This document shows positions 44,043 to 44,735 of a stretch of 44,735 nt of DNA, one piece after another. The stretch comes from a phage. Under the pieces are notes generated by a model. The model did no database searches, had not been told where the DNA came from, and worked only from the letters and a program-made list of their open reading frames with translations. Every line of letters begins with the position of its first letter. Positions within the stretch are counted from its first letter, which is position 1. The stretch lies in sequence record PZ166175.1. One strand, given 5' to 3'. The translations under genes were made by a program, and so were the position numbers.

Positions 44043-44441
44043 TTACTCGAATTTTACTTCGAACTTGATTGTGTCGCACTTTACACCATCCTCACTAAGC
44101 TCATCTACAGTATAGCGAACACTCCCGAACTCAATCATGTCAACCTCATGCCCGTTTATGTAATATCTAAGTTTTGGTTTTTCATCATTGAGAGTTGGTT
44201 TTTCATTATTGAGAGTTGGCGTGACTACACATTCGGTCTCAGTCACAAAGTTGTCATCTACACCAAGCAGATTGAAATTATGGAGCGATCCGTTTTTAAC
44301 GCAACGGTGACTATTATTATCATCGCAAAGTTCAATAAATCCACCGTGAAAATCGCAAACATCATATTCCTTACCTACGGTGAAGCCCCAATAATCTCCA
44401 TCCGTGCTGCCAAGATATACGGCTTTTAATTTGGTTGTCAT
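44043..44441 (-). CDS. hypothetical Cys-containing protein, inserted gene between TerL and portal
   Basis: ORF track; own early-type promoter cassette and own terminator; internal 21-bp tandem repeat. Confidence 0.55.
   Translation of the reverse strand: MTTKLKAVYLGSTDGDYWGFTVGKEYDVCDFHGGFIELCDDNNSHRCVKNGSLHNFNLLGVDDNFVTETECVVTPTLNNEKPTLNDEKPKLRYYINGHEVDMIEFGSVRYTVDELSEDGVKCDTIKFEVKFE
44175..44216 (-). repeat. 21-bp tandem repeat (x2) inside the inserted gene
   Basis: ttggtttttcatcattgagag / ttggtttttcattattgagag; encodes PTLNNEKPTLNDEKP. Confidence 0.8.
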
Positions 44442-44444
44442 TTG

Positions 44445-44520
44445 TTTTTTCTCCTCTCGTTTGTGTAAGTTAACTATAAGCCATCCGTGTCTTTGGTGTT
44501 TAGCAATTCGTGCTATTTAA
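44445..44520 (-). promoter_or_regulatory. early promoter cassette overlapping the TerL stop codon
   Basis: minus sense: AAATAGCACGAATTGCTAAAC, 22 nt, TATAGT, TAACTTACACAAACGAGAGGAG, ATG. Confidence 0.5.
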
Positions 44521-44735
44521 TTCCAGCTATGCGCATTAATCGCGCTTTGGGATCATCCGCGATGTTAAGCACCAGGTTGATTGCCATTGTCATGGTATCA
44601 ATTTGGTCGTCGTGCTTATGCGAGTCATCCGCCGTAAAAGCTGCAATCTCAGTAAGCAATCCGTTTAACCACGGTGCGGACTCAGGAAGAACTACGTTGC
44701 CAGCTTTAATCTGTGGCAATGCGCTCATTACGCGA
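44513..44735 (-). CDS. terminase large subunit, C-terminal continuation of the ORF that starts at 1343
   Basis: reading frame from position 1 joins across the window junction (codon uses positions 2, 1 and 44735); ends ...HKHDDQIDTMTMAINL... Confidence 0.75.
   Translation of the reverse strand, partial: RVMSALPQIKAGNVVLPESAPWLNGLLTEIAAFTADDSHKHDDQIDTMTMAINLVLNIADDPKARLMRIAGIK

Noticed and set aside
3215-44520. Possibility that the repeated palindromic motif is a CRISPR array or a mobile-element terminal repeat
   Set aside because: Copies are dispersed over 40 kb, separated by genes, present in both orientations and always coupled to a -10-like box and a start codon; there are no regularly spaced short spacers and no transposase.

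Overview
This window reads as a complete, circularly closed genome of a T1-like (Drexlerviridae-type) virulent siphovirus of about 44.7 kb. The terminase large-subunit ORF runs off position 1 on the minus strand and continues in frame at the window end (44513..44735). All calls rest on reading motifs and ORF architecture by eye; no database search or alignment was run. Layout: (i) a minus-strand late operon from 44.7 kb down to 25.5 kb: TerS/TerL, portal, Mu-F-like head morphogenesis protein, scaffold-like protein, major capsid protein, neck proteins, major tail protein, gpG/gpT-like chaperones with an A_AAA_AAC -1 slip site, tape measure, and gpM/L/K/I/J-like tail tip proteins; (ii) a plus-strand Cor-like lipoprotein plus a 311-aa beta-rich protein; (iii) a recombination module (PD-(D/E)XK exonuclease, ERF-like annealing protein, SSB with a polyQ linker); (iv) a plus-strand tail fiber gene; (v) a replication module (zinc-ribbon primase, SF2 helicase, VRR-NUC nuclease); (vi) a lysis cassette (holin, SAR-type GH24 endolysin, unimolecular spanin); (vii) many small early genes, several under 60 aa and absent from the ORF track; (viii) one tRNA-Arg(UCU). 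The main non-coding signal is a promoter-like cassette present in at least 16 copies: a palindrome (AAATAGCACGAATTGCTAAA, core TAGCA-N5-TGCTA), a fixed 22-23 bp spacer, a TATAGT/TATAAT box, then TACCCCATCGAAAC just upstream of the start codon. It precedes most early genes and also three self-contained genes inserted in the late operon. Two paralogous divergent intergenic control regions (about 6.1-6.7 kb and 24.0-24.3 kb) share sequence blocks, including an (ATA)n microsatellite, and the first also carries GCAAYAAT iteron-like repeats. No integrase, repressor or CRISPR array was seen.
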